This document shows, piece by piece, positions 1 to 10,601 of a stretch of DNA of 64,000 nt. The first letter of the stretch is position 1; the number at the start of each line of letters is the position of its first letter. The position numbers and the translations under genes are program-made. Under the pieces are notes generated by a model. The model did no database searches. It was not told the DNA's origin and saw only the letters and a list, made by a program, of their open reading frames with translations. The DNA is from Calditrichia bacterium (lineage in GTDB: Bacteria > Calditrichota > Calditrichia > JAJRVZ01), in assembly GCA_963796965.1 (NCBI GenBank), contig CAWCNS010000011.1, positions 1 through 64,000 of the forward strand. The letters are read 5' to 3'.

Positions 1-84
1 TAAATATTTTACCCTGCATTTATTATTCTCCAGTAAGTATGATCAATCCAATAAGAAGCGGCAGATACCTCATAAAATGATCCA

Positions 85-794
85 TCAGTTTTTCCCGTCC
101 GGCTTACCGGCTCCAATCGGAATTCCCACGGTAAAATATAACGCCCGGTTATACTGGTCAGGCGTTGAATCGTCAATCAGAATATCAACCAGGCCATAAT
201 AATAACGAATGCCCAGATTCATTCCGGTGCCGCCCAAAAGGCGGTAGCCTGCACCAACCATTATCCCGGCATCAAGCGGATGGTAAGCATCTTTTGTAAT
301 TAGTTGATAACTAAGGTCGTTACTTTCCTTTACCGAGTTGGTGAACTCATCAGACGCTTTGTGCAGCAATCCCAGCATCGGACCACCCTCCACAAAAAAA
401 TGCTTATTGATTTTATACTTTATCATGATCGGTACATTAAAGTACTGAAGTCTGGTAGCGACACTACCGCCATTGAAGGCCGCATCCAAATCCTCATCGT
501 TTAATGAATACACCGGTTGTTTTTCTATCCCCAGGGTTGATTTCACGATCACCCCGGTGTGAACCATCCAGGAGGAATCAGGGAGTTTGATATCAAAGTA
601 AAATCCCAAATTCCAGGAGCGCAGTACTGTGCCTGATCAATGCCAGAGATAGATGCCAGATGCACGCCACCATCCAGGCCAAACTCGATCTTACCTGAAT
701 TCAGCGTTTCCCCAAATATAAGGGAAATTAAAACCTGAGCATTTGCAGTCCCACTCACAAACAGAAAAAGAGCAATTATCAGAATATTTTTCAT
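85..794 (-). CDS. Outer-membrane beta-barrel protein (PorT/porin-family-like), frameshifted near 610
   Basis: Signal peptide MKNILIIALFLFVSGTANAQ (ORF 549..803) joins ORF 85..609, which has amphipathic strands (LQYFNVPIMIKYK, GIRYYYGL). Confidence 0.7.
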
Positions 795-917
795 TTTCAG
801 CATCTTTCAATTTTAGGTAATGTGAAAAATAACCACCCCGCACTAATCTGACTTTATCAGACTCAATGGGCAGGCAGAGTACCCGGAGTATTTTTCTGTG
901 CCCTCTGTGGTTTCGTC

Positions 918-2041
918 TTATAATCCAAAGCGGTATTGCAGTCCGCTGAGAAATTGCTGACGACTGCCAAGAAATCCATATTCGGCCCGTATCATCCAGT
1001 GTTTGTTCAGCACTGAAATTGTGCTCCGACAATAAAATTCCACATATCCTTGAGATTTTTATCCAGTGAATATTGAACAGTTGAACTCGAGGCCGTACTA
1101 AGAGCCCCATCTAAGGTAGTTAACAGATTGCCGGCTTTATCCAGTAGCCGGTTGGCTGTCTCATATCTTGCTTTGTTTCCAGGATTTTGCTGCTCGAGTG
1201 GTGACAGGTTGTTCCACCAATTATTCACCTGATTGGCAGCTTCCTCTACTTTTATATACCCCTGGTCTACTTTCTCCTGGGTCTCACCAACATCCAGCAC
1301 TTCGGACAGATCAATCGATCCGCTTGTTTCAGAGGTAAATTTGACCCTGAAACCGCCAACCCAGAAGGCGATATTCATATCATCGTTATTCAACTTGAAT
1401 GTTTTACCTAATCGGGGTCCGAATACAAAAGTGAACACCGGTTTATCCAGAGCACTCACATCAGACCAGACCATATTCATATCAAGGGCCAGCCAGCCGC
1501 CCCCCACACCCATCGTCGGGGTAAGTCCAAAACCAAAGGACGTGACATCAAATTCTGCTTTTGTAGAAAAGGCGGTTACTTCCTCCCAGTTATTATCAGC
1601 ATCCGGCAGCCATAAACCAGCGTCAATCGCAGTCGATGTTTTTGCTTTGGCCATGATGCCATAAATATTCAGAAAGGGGAACAACCAGATATCCGGTCTG
1701 AAATTAATAATATTGGCACCTGCGAGAGCATCATCAAATCTTATCAGTTCATCCACATTGGTCATCGGGCCATTGTTAAAGCCAACACTGAGATTGTTAA
1801 TAATAAGGGCAGATTCCTGCCACATGTAATTTATGCCGATTCCAGCTGAATAGGGTAATTCAAATCCTAATTTTACGGCCTTTTCACCCCAGATGGGTAA
1901 AACATAGGGGTACTCTTGTTGTTTTAAACTATCAATTAAAGCCTTATTCTTTTCACCTATCGGTTTGTTGGTATAGACCTGGGCGAAAGATTCGATGCAA
2001 AACAGCAAACTGAAAATTAATAAAAAGAAAGATTGTCTCAT
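918..2041 (-). CDS. Secreted/outer-membrane hypothetical protein, frameshifted near 1010
   Basis: ORF 1007..2041 with signal peptide; an alternative frame continues LNKHWMIRAEYGFLGSRQQFLSGLQYRFGL* to TAA at 918-920, a barrel-type C-terminus. Confidence 0.7.
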
Positions 2042-2322
2042 CTCTTCTCCTTTCTATGCATGGCGGCAATGTAAAAAATAACCACGAAGTTCACGAAGAT
2101 TCAGCAAATACAGAATAAATGGAGAATTGTCCAATATCCAATCTCGAATTTCAAATGAATACCCAACATCAAATGCTTAAATATAAAAGTAAATAATTAT
2201 CTTTTATATTAATCTGTCATCCCTTTAGGGATCTTCCCGCCGTTACGACATTCATTCTCAGATTGTCACCGCAGTGCTCCTTCCACGGGAGGATCTCTGC
2301 GAGATGATTTTGGGCTTTTCTA

Positions 2323-2948
2323 TTATTCTTTAGGAAGGACCATCTGTTTTGGATCAGCATGATACGTCCAGGGCAGACCTGAGTTTTTCCAGCCGTTCAT
2401 CAGCCTTTGACCAACAAATACGCTTGAAGGATCCTTGACCTTATCCCCTTCCACACCATCCGTGATGTTGTAAACATATTTAAATCCGGCAGCTCGCCAG
2501 CAAATTCACAGACATCGCACTCCGGCCACCTGACCGGCATGTTACCAGAAGCGTATCTTCCGCTGTGAACAACTCTTTCACTCTGGAAACGAAATCAGGA
2601 AGTGGCTTCATCGCAAAATGCTTTTTTTCTGCATCCCATTCAAAGGTTTGATCGGCAAAGGGAATATTCCATGCCATCTCGGCATGACCGATAAAAATAT
2701 ACTCTTCCGGGGTTCGCACATCTAAAATGTTCACTTTCTCCGGCGAAGCCATCCACTTTGCATAGGCTTCTTTGGCCGTAACATAAAGGCCAAGCGTCGT
2801 TTGTTTCCCTTTAGGTAACTCGGTATTTGATACCTGTCCAAGTGCAATTGACGAAGTAATCAAGCTAGAGAAACGCAGCGATGAAGAGTATTGCCGACAA
2901 CTGCTTTACAGATGTCCGGCTAATCCTAATAAATTTTAGATTTTCCAT
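2323..2948 (-). CDS. Exported rhodanese-like sulfurtransferase, frameshifted
   Basis: ILDVRTPEEY and active-site loop CRSGGRS in ORF 2480..2863; ATG at 2948 after GGAGAGG; C-terminus GWKNSGLPWTY...LPKE* in another frame. Confidence 0.8.
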
Positions 2949-3276
2949 ATATTCCTCTCCCCGATAATAAAGTTGATGCAAAACTAAACACAGAGTACCG
3001 GTAGGCCCTTCGGATCTAACGTCCTTTGGCAGTTCACATTATGATATTTAATAGATTTTACCACGAGAGCACGAGCACACGAAGCACTTTTCAAAATTAA
3101 GAATTAAGAATGTAACCATATTACTAAGATAATCTTAGTGCCTACTATTGCCAGTTAAAATTCATAATTCATAATTTAAAATTGCTTCTTTTCTTCTTAT
3201 CTTCGTGTGCTTCGTGCTCTTCGTGGTAGATATTATAAATCAACAATGTACGCGAGTGAATAGGCTTTCCTCCCGG

Positions 3277-4567
3277 CTACCCAAGCCGCGTGCCTTCTGC
3301 GTCGAGCCCGCCGCCTTCAGGAAGTTTATCCCAGCTCCTTTTCTCCCATTCTTCTTTGAGAACTTCGGTAGCCGCCTTCTCCAGGAACTCCGGCGCTGCC
3401 CATTTCTGCACATCAAAATCGTTTTTGATGTAGCCTTTTTTAACCATGAAATCCTTGCCGATCTTGATGCATTGCAGGTTCTGGGCACTCAGGCTCGGCA
3501 CCATATCAACGTGCTTGATACCCTCGTATGTATCTTCGGCATCCTTGTAAAAAGTCTGCCGGTTGAGGATCGCCCCGGCGGCACGCTTGTGTTCATTGGC
3601 CCAGCGACCGACCTTAATCATCGCCTTCATGTAGGCAATGACCAGCTCAGGGTGCTCCTTGGCCATCACATCGGTGCAGGTGATAACGGCGGGAGTATTG
3701 GCAACCTGCACGGTCCAGTCCGGATTCTTTGACAGGTCATAGATCATCTTTATCTTGCCCGTTGCCTCCTGCAGGTGCTGGAAGACTTTGCTCTGGGTGT
3801 AGATGGCATCGACCTTGCCGTTCAACAGCGCAGTCTCCAGCGGACGGAAGGCCAGGTCGTGCTTATGGTCACGGCGCATCCACAGCTCAGACGGATTATT
3901 CATCGGTGGTGTAAGCATCTCGGGCTTGTCATACCAGTCATCCGGATAGGGGAACTCGACGATCTCCACATCTTTCATGGTCATGTCGTTCAGCATCAGC
4001 ATGTTCTCGATGCCCATGTGTTCCTGGATGCGCCACCAGTCGTTCTTGATCGTGTTCAGGCTCTTCGAAAGACCGATCTTCTTGCCTTTCAAATCTTTCA
4101 TCCGAAAGATCTTATCGCTGGATCGCACGGCCATGCAGCCACCTTCGTATACCCACGTTGCCCCCAGCAGCACCGTGCGGCGGAGGTCAGCATGGACATG
4201 GATTGGGGGGTAGAGCCCGCCGAAACGGATCAGGTTGTCGAGATTGTGGATGTAGTGCGGGTACCAGTTATTCTCGGGGTGCGTGGCGGAAGTAGGCGTA
4301 CTCGACACCGATCTTTTTGAACTCCTCACGACACCAGCCCAACTCCTGGTCGACGTTGTTGGCGGAAACCATCGGGCAGTTGGTGAACCACACTTCTTTC
4401 CAGTTCAACGGCACTGTAGTGGATACTCTCTTTACCTCTTGTGCCTTTGCCGAGGTCACGACACCGACCGTACCAAGCGCTGCTGCGCCAGCTGCGGCCA
4501 TCATGCCCGTATTTTTCACGAAATTACGGCGGGACATTGACGTAGGTTTTTTATTGCTATCACTCAT
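3277..4567 (-). CDS. Tat-exported DszB-like protein (periplasmic-binding-protein fold, aryl-sulfinate desulfinase family), frameshifted near 4280
   Basis: SRRNFVK twin-arginine leader; FTNCP and PHYIHNLDNLIRFGGLYPP resemble DszB YSNCP and HFTYDRDDYTRFGGEIPP; DLKGKKIG SsuA/NMT1-type motif. Confidence 0.75.
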
Positions 4568-4592
4568 GATAATCTCCTTTTATATTAAAATT

Positions 4593-4615
4593 CAAACACC
4601 CCGATTGGGTGTTTG
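4593..4615. other. Intergenic hairpin
   Basis: CAAACACCC-CGATT-GGGTGTTTG between the cytochrome and DszB-like genes. Confidence 0.5.
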
Positions 4616-4684
4616 CGGTTATGGTCGTTACAATTTTTTTCTATCCTCCTCAAAGTTAAATTTTCCTTTATTGAAAAAGCACCA

Positions 4685-5521
4685 TCAAATCGTGTGGTCG
4701 CCATGGCACATGAGGCATTCCATGTGACCCTGCTGATTGTTCATTCCCTCATTCGAATGCGTTTCGTTGTCCGGCCCGTGGCACTCCAGACAATGCGCGA
4801 TCTCCTTGGATGGCTTCCACACCGGGGGAATCCAGTTTCCGTCAAAGTACTCATTAAGTGCGAGTGTAGCAGTGTAGGCTACTTCGCCAGCCACTTTGGC
4901 ACAGCGTTCCATCTTCGCTTTTGAGGTTACCTCCTCACCAGCAGTCAGGACCCACTTCGAGACTGAGGTGTGGCACAATGGCGACATTGCCTTTACTTTG
5001 ATCTGCCCGGGTATCTCGCAAATGTCGTCAAAACGGTCGGATGGAAATTCCTGTTTCGCATACCACCAGAACATTCGATCGATTATTTGTTTGTAAATAC
5101 CCATTCTCCGGGTCGTAAGTCACCAGGTTGATGATAAGTGAAGTGCTGCCCAGGGCGCCACACAAAGTTCCATGGCCTGCGTAACCCGATCCAGCATGAA
5201 TCATCATCATATCTGGCAACGTCGTCCAAGGATAGCCTACCTTCTCCTTGAGCAGACCAAGAAATGCCAGGTAGGTTGTCGCCCCGCAACCGCCCTTGTT
5301 TACGTAATTCTTGTAGGCCCTTCTGCCTACCTCCAGAGGATCGAGTTTAACCCACTTCCAGGGTAGTGGTGGAGGGTTTCCGGCGGGTTTGTGCTATTTG
5401 AACTGGCGTCCGCCACTGTTGCCCCGCCGATCAGACCTCCGGCAAAGAGGGCAGCAGATCCGGCCAGAATATCCCTGCGGGAAAAGATTCGTGGTTTCGT
5501 TTCTTGCCTTTTTGTATTCAT
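4685..5521 (-). CDS. Split-Soret cytochrome c-like protein (C-GCAxxG-C-C domain plus two C-terminal hemes), Tat-exported, multiple frameshifts
   Basis: SRRDILAG leader; GTLCGALG, LCHTSVSKW and ERCAKV motifs; two CxxCH sites (CLECH, CLMCH). Confidence 0.8.
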
Positions 5522-5602
5522 GGAGATCTCTCCTTCATCCTAAATAAATTTAACATCCATAGTTCAATCAATGTTGACTTACCCCATCACGTGACGAACA
5601 TA

Positions 5603-6187
5603 TTAATCTAGTTGAAATCCGATTCCGAGGTTGATATTTTGTGCCAAACTATTCTGATAATAACTGTTTCCAAGGTAGTTAATGGTATAATTTGCATTAA
5701 GCAGGATGTCTTCGCTCAAGTAAAAATTAGCCCCGGCCATTCCGCTAATTAATAATCCGCTCTCCCAGGCTGTAACCTGTCCCTTTTCCGTGAAGTAGTT
5801 AATATTGGAAAACTGGATACCAAATCCTGCCCCAGCATATCCCCTAAACGTCTCCGATCCGAAATTCACCTTGCCAAAAAAGGATACGGGAATCACTTCA
5901 TAACCCACCTTGTTGAGACGGTCTTGTTTTTCACCCCCGGCATTAAGAGAATCAGCCGATGTGTTTGAATAGGCAATAACAAAGCCACCAGAAAAGGCCG
6001 TAAATAAGTCAGCTTTTTCATAACTTAATGAAAAGGTGTTCCCGTTAAGGTCAGCCTCGATGCCTTCCGGCGAGGCCATGGTCCATCCGACATTGAAGAT
6101 CAATAAACCGGATCCGGCTTTATACTGGGCCTGTGCCAGACTCAGACTTGCGAGAAGAATTAAAAGAATCATTGAGAGTTGTTTCAT
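5603..6187 (-). CDS. Outer-membrane beta-barrel protein (small 8-strand type)
   Basis: Signal peptide, YAGAGFG strand, C-terminal INLGIGFQ. Confidence 0.7.
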   Translation of the reverse strand: MKQLSMILLILLASLSLAQAQYKAGSGLLIFNVGWTMASPEGIEADLNGNTFSLSYEKADLFTAFSGGFVIAYSNTSADSLNAGGEKQDRLNKVGYEVIPVSFFGKVNFGSETFRGYAGAGFGIQFSNINYFTEKGQVTAWESGLLISGMAGANFYLSEDILLNANYTINYLGNSYYQNSLAQNINLGIGFQLD

Positions 6188-6643
6188 TGTGTTTCTCCTT
6201 ATTTATTGGTTTGGTATTTAAAGATTAACCACAGAGATCCTAGTGCTCACCTTCGGTTGAGCGATGGCCTCTGGTCGTTCAGAGTTAAAAAAGACAAAAA
6301 TATACCGCAACGTTTACGCCCAAAGGGATCCCTTTGGGAAAAGAAAGCACTAAGGTCACAAAGTTTTTATTAATATTTTTTTCTTTGTGTACTTTGTGCC
6401 TACTTGGTGTTCTTTGTGGTTAAAAATCAGATGTACATATAAGTAGATCATTAGTATATACCTATATATAATTAAATCGAAAATGTTTTTAAGATGTCCC
6501 ACCGGTTGAAAATCCCGTTTTTCGGGGGACGTCTTTACATATCCCCTTTCGGGTGTCATCCCGCCTGCCAGAAGTGTACCGGAATCAGATATTCGACTGA
6601 TTGCCGCTCGGGTGTATTAAATTTATCATAGATTAATATTTGA

Positions 6644-7402
6644 TTAAGGAACCGTTAGTGGTTGTTTGAGAGTCACTTCCACAAGGGTCCCCGCCGGCAC
6701 CTGAAGATGGTTTCCGCGACTGGCCAATAAGGCTACCGCGCCGCCAACGGCTGCTCCGGCACCGGCATCCCCGGCAGCCGCTCCGACCAGTGCTCCGGCA
6801 CCTACCGCCTTAGCGGCCTTTCCTGGCTGGCTTTCCGCGCCTACATCGTCGGTTACAATTGGTATCAATTGATTGTTGATGCTCAGGTCTGTAAAGGTTA
6901 CTAATAGCCTGGAAACACCGAGGGCCCGCCCACCCCTGGAATCTAATACAGTGCCATATACGAGAGTACCCTTTGTAACAATCACCTTGCCACCCTCGGC
7001 CAGGTCGTTTTCCAGTAAGGCACTTACCTTTGCTCCCTTTTTATGACTGGCGGTAGTAATCGTCTCCTTGATATTCAGCATAACCTTTGTACCGGCTGGA
7101 ATCGTGCCAGGAACGCTTGTAGCTGCGGCCGTAGCGGCCGCTGCCGGTGCTGCAGCTGCGGCTGCCGGCGTGGCTGCCGCCGTTTTTGCTTCCCGTGGTG
7201 TGAATGTGAGAGAAGTAATTTCACTCAAAGCCACACTTTGAATTTTACCGTTCACTTCAAACTGAAGGGCCTCTGCAGTGCCTCCGGTGAAATTGCCCTG
7301 CAGTACTTTGCCATCTTTAAGTACCAATGTATCCGCCAATGCTGCCAGCGAAAAGAACATCAGGCTGATGCCGATAAATAAAAAGTAGTTTACTAACCTC
7401 AT
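6644..7402 (-). CDS. Secreted protein with Ala/Pro linker and VirB10/TrbI-like C-terminal region
   Basis: ATG 7402 with signal peptide; AAATPAAAAAAPAAAA linker; IPAGT...VYGTV...Gly/Ala-rich hairpin...VPAGT pattern. Confidence 0.6.
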   Translation of the reverse strand: MRLVNYFLFIGISLMFFSLAALADTLVLKDGKVLQGNFTGGTAEALQFEVNGKIQSVALSEITSLTFTPREAKTAAATPAAAAAAPAAAATAAATSVPGTIPAGTKVMLNIKETITTASHKKGAKVSALLENDLAEGGKVIVTKGTLVYGTVLDSRGGRALGVSRLLVTFTDLSINNQLIPIVTDDVGAESQPGKAAKAVGAGALVGAAAGDAGAGAAVGGAVALLASRGNHLQVPAGTLVEVTLKQPLTVP

Positions 7403-7424
7403 TATTAATTCTCCTTGCAAGTTT

Positions 7425-7757
7425 TCATGTTTTATATTTTTCACCCCATTTGTCAACGCTATCTATTCCGCTAGTTTCAGATACATTATCAATCTTGACT
7501 ACCGGTTCGTTACACAATACACGAATCGCCCCCAGCAATATGGTAAAGTATTCGCCTCTGAGATGTTTTTCCAGATTTTCCCAAGTTTGCCATTCTGCCC
7601 AAAGTTGTATTTTAGTGGAATCATCCTTGCTTTGCTGATATCCGTATTTTAAATTTCCTTCTTCCTTACGTAAATCAACCAATAACTGATCCAGGGTCTG
7701 CAAAAACTCATTATTTTTCTGAAGATGTGTCTTGACATCAATATTTAGTTTGATCAT
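7425..7757 (-). CDS. Antibiotic biosynthesis monooxygenase (ABM)-fold protein
   Basis: About 110 aa; EF...RKEEGNLKY...AEWQTWENLEKHL pattern. Confidence 0.75.
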   Translation of the reverse strand: MIKLNIDVKTHLQKNNEFLQTLDQLLVDLRKEEGNLKYGYQQSKDDSTKIQLWAEWQTWENLEKHLRGEYFTILLGAIRVLCNEPVVKIDNVSETSGIDSVDKWGEKYKT

Positions 7758-7857
7758 TGTAATTCTTTTCTCCCCCGGCAGCTGATATAGAGTTAATCAT
7801 GCCCTGATTGAATTAATAGTATGTTTCAGGATACGCTTTAACACCAGTATACAAATC

Positions 7858-7874
7858 ATCAAAGTCTGTGCCAA
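7858..7874 (-). promoter_or_regulatory. Putative sigma54 -24/-12 promoter
   Basis: TTGGCACAGACTTTGAT (GG-N10-GA) upstream of the ABM gene and next to a sigma54 activator gene. Confidence 0.65.
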
Positions 7875-7972
7875 TTAAATGACCAGACAAACAAGTACTA
7901 TCTAAACATCTGATATATAGGAGTTTATCTAATATATGGGATAATGGGAAGTGGAGGGAATGGATAATAAAT

Positions 7973-8011
7973 AACCCTGAAATCTCAGGGTTTGGTGAAA
8001 ATCTCAGGGTT
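7973..8011. promoter_or_regulatory. Putative upstream activator sequence (tandem palindromic sites)
   Basis: AACCCTGA-AATC-TCAGGGTT perfect inverted repeat plus a second AAATCTCAGGGTT copy 19 bp further; about 100 bp from the -24 element. Confidence 0.6.
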
Positions 8012-8036
8012 AACTGAACAACCGAAAATATTCTAT

Positions 8037-8137
8037 TCTCGCAAAGACGCTAAGACGCAAAGGTTTGTTAAGATATGAATTCTCATTTCATATAGTTATG
8101 TATAAATATTTCTTTGCGCCTTTGCGTCTTTGCGAGA
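8037..8137. repeat. Octamer-based hairpin element (CGCAAAGA units)
   Basis: TCTCGCAAAGACGCTAAGACGCAAAG ... CTTTGCGCCTTTGCGTCTTTGCGAGA, 24/26 complementary. Confidence 0.8.
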
Positions 8138-8189
8138 GGTATGTATGCCATTATAGCCAAAAAGTGTGTAATTTTAACAAAGATTTAAT

Positions 8190-8310
8190 GTCATCCAGTC
8201 CCGGAACGCGATCCCGTTGGGAAAGGGATCTTGCAACGTGCAGATACAATTTCGACTAGCTGGAGGATACTCCTGATCCCAAAGGGATTTCGCTCCAGGA
8301 CGGAATGACA
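8190..8310. repeat. GTCAT...ATGAC palindromic element
   Basis: GTCATCCAGTCCCGGAACGCGATCCCG ... GGGATTTCGCTCCAGGACGGAATGAC; related copy at 62871-62966. Confidence 0.7.
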
Positions 8311-8362
8311 GAGGGAGAGTTTACAAATTACAAATTACAAATTATGAATTACTAATTACTTC

Positions 8363-10601
8363 TTATTTCTTTGCGGTGGGTCGGCGGATGCCGAGTTTTT
8401 TCATGCGGGAACGCAGGGTATCCGGATGCAGGCCTAATCTTACTGCAGCACCATCCTTCCCTTCAATGCGCCAGTAAGTTTCTTTCAATACACTAAGGAT
8501 ATAATTCTGCTCCATCTCCTGCAAGCTATCACCGGGAGCAGGAGAGGCTTTCAAAGGTTCCGCAATCCGTCAGTAAATCCATTAATTTTAAAACGGAACC
8601 TTCACAGGTAATCATTGACCGCTCAATTACATTTTCCAGTTCACGAACATTTCCCGGCCAGGAATAGTCCTGTAATTCTTTCAGGACATTCCCGGGAATT
8701 TCTGTGATATTTTTACCCATTTTTTTATTAAAGCGTTGGAGAACCAGTCCGTCAGCAAGGGGATATCTTCTTTCCGTTCCCTCAATGGAGGTAGCGAAAG
8801 GGGGAAGATATTCAAACGATAGAAGAGGTCTTGCCGGAATTTTCCGTTTTTCACCTCCTCATCCAGATTACGGTTGGTGGCTGCAATGACCCGTAATATT
8901 TACTTTACGTGTACGCGTACTACCCAATCGTTCAAATTCACCATCCTCAATTACACGCAGAAGTTTCGCCTGTAATGCCAAGTGGAATCTCTCCTACTTC
9001 ATCTAAAAATAAGGTAGTATTATCCGCCAGTTCAATACGCCCAATATGCTGGTCATGGGCGCCGGTGAAGGATCCTTTTTCATGCCCGAACAATTCACTC
9101 TCGATCATACTGTCATGCAACGTCGCACAATCAACTTTTATCAGAGGCCGCTCCTTCCGCTGACTGAACTCATGCAGTGCACGGGCGATGAGTTCCTTGC
9201 CGGTCCCGGTTTCTCCCGTAATCAGGACCGTGGTATCATTAGGGGCAACCTGTTTGAGCCGGTAAAATATATATTTTAATCCACCGCTGATTCCAACTAT
9301 CTGGCTGGAATGAAAAGACGTTTTAATTTCATTCCGAAAATAGCGATTTTCCCGCGCCAGTTGTTTGGATATTTTGGTGATCTTTTTATTGGCAGTTTTT
9401 AATTGTTTATCTTTTTTCTGCATTATTTCCATATTCTCGTTGCGGATCAGTGCATTTATGAAAATTTCGCCCACAAGCTGTAAGCGGGGAGCAACACCTT
9501 CCTGCAATATATGGGGTTGTTTAACAGTACTGACTCCCAATGCATATTCCACCTTATCCATCCACACATAGTGGTATGGTGAGGGTCGATTTTAAATTTA
9601 GTTTCTTCAGATTTCTGCGGTCATAGTCCGCCTCAGGAGGTAATTCATCTTCCGATGAAAAATGAACCACATCTCCACGAAGTATTTTTTCAGCTGCCCA
9701 GGGGAACCAGGACTTTAAGGGGATTTCTCCTGGCCGTTCTACATCTTTTATGGTATGAGAATCAATGGGGATTAAATCTTTTCTATCCTCGAAATCCGGA
9801 AGAAGGTACCCCGGTCTACTCCCAAAAATTCCACCAGTAGTTTCAGACTTTCCTCGATTTGTCGGTTTACCTGCCCTGTCTGAAGATTTACAAATTTTGC
9901 TGATAACGAAGAGATCAGTTTTTCAAATTCGTATCTGTTTATTAAGATTTTCAAGATGTTTTTGGATCTCCTCATCAGCGCGTTTACGAAAGATGGCATT
10001 GGCAAATACCTCACCCAATAACGTCAGTTGTTCAATCGTATATTTCGGCCAGGAAAGATAATTTTCAGAAGTAATAAAACCGATCGCGCATAGCAATGAA
10101 CCGCCCACCGAAACCGGAATGGTCAGGATCGATTTCAATCCCGTCCTTTGGCATAAGGTTTTCTCTTCAACAGCTCCGTCAGGAAAATCGGAGGGTTTTT
10201 CGATAACAATATTTTCACCACGGAGAAGCTTCTTTCCATACCATGGAAAGATTTTGGACACTTCACCCCTGATGGCAGGTTCAAATCCAGGTTTGAAGTA
10301 CGAATGTGTTACATACAAATCCTTTTTATCTTGGGAAAATTGGGCGACAGTGCAGCGGTCGATCCCCATATACTCCAGAATAATTTTCAATCCGTTTTCG
10401 ATCTCACTGTCGATTTTACCGGCCGGTAAGATTTACAAATTTTGCAGAGATCTCGGAAATCAATTTTTGAAATTTCAGTTGGTCTTTCAGATCCGCAATG
10501 ATCGGCTCGGAAGCATCCGCCTTTGTCCAGCCTTGATTTTCGGATTCTGTTGTGGTGATATCTGCCTGGTTTTCTTCTTTGTTGTCAGAATATTTTTTCA
10601 T
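8363..10601 (-). CDS. Sigma54-dependent activator (two GAF domains + AAA+ + Fis HTH; FhlA-like), several frameshifts
   Basis: Fragments give GAF repeats, Walker [42 protein letters not shown] and [24 protein letters not shown]. Confidence 0.9.

Noticed and set aside
3205..4924. Long plus-strand ORFs opposite the DszB-like and cytochrome genes
   Set aside because: Antisense shadows expected in GC-rich coding DNA.
5260..5310. Selenocysteine in the C-GCAxxG-C-C protein
   Set aside because: The relevant codon in KGGCG is TGC (Cys), not TGA.
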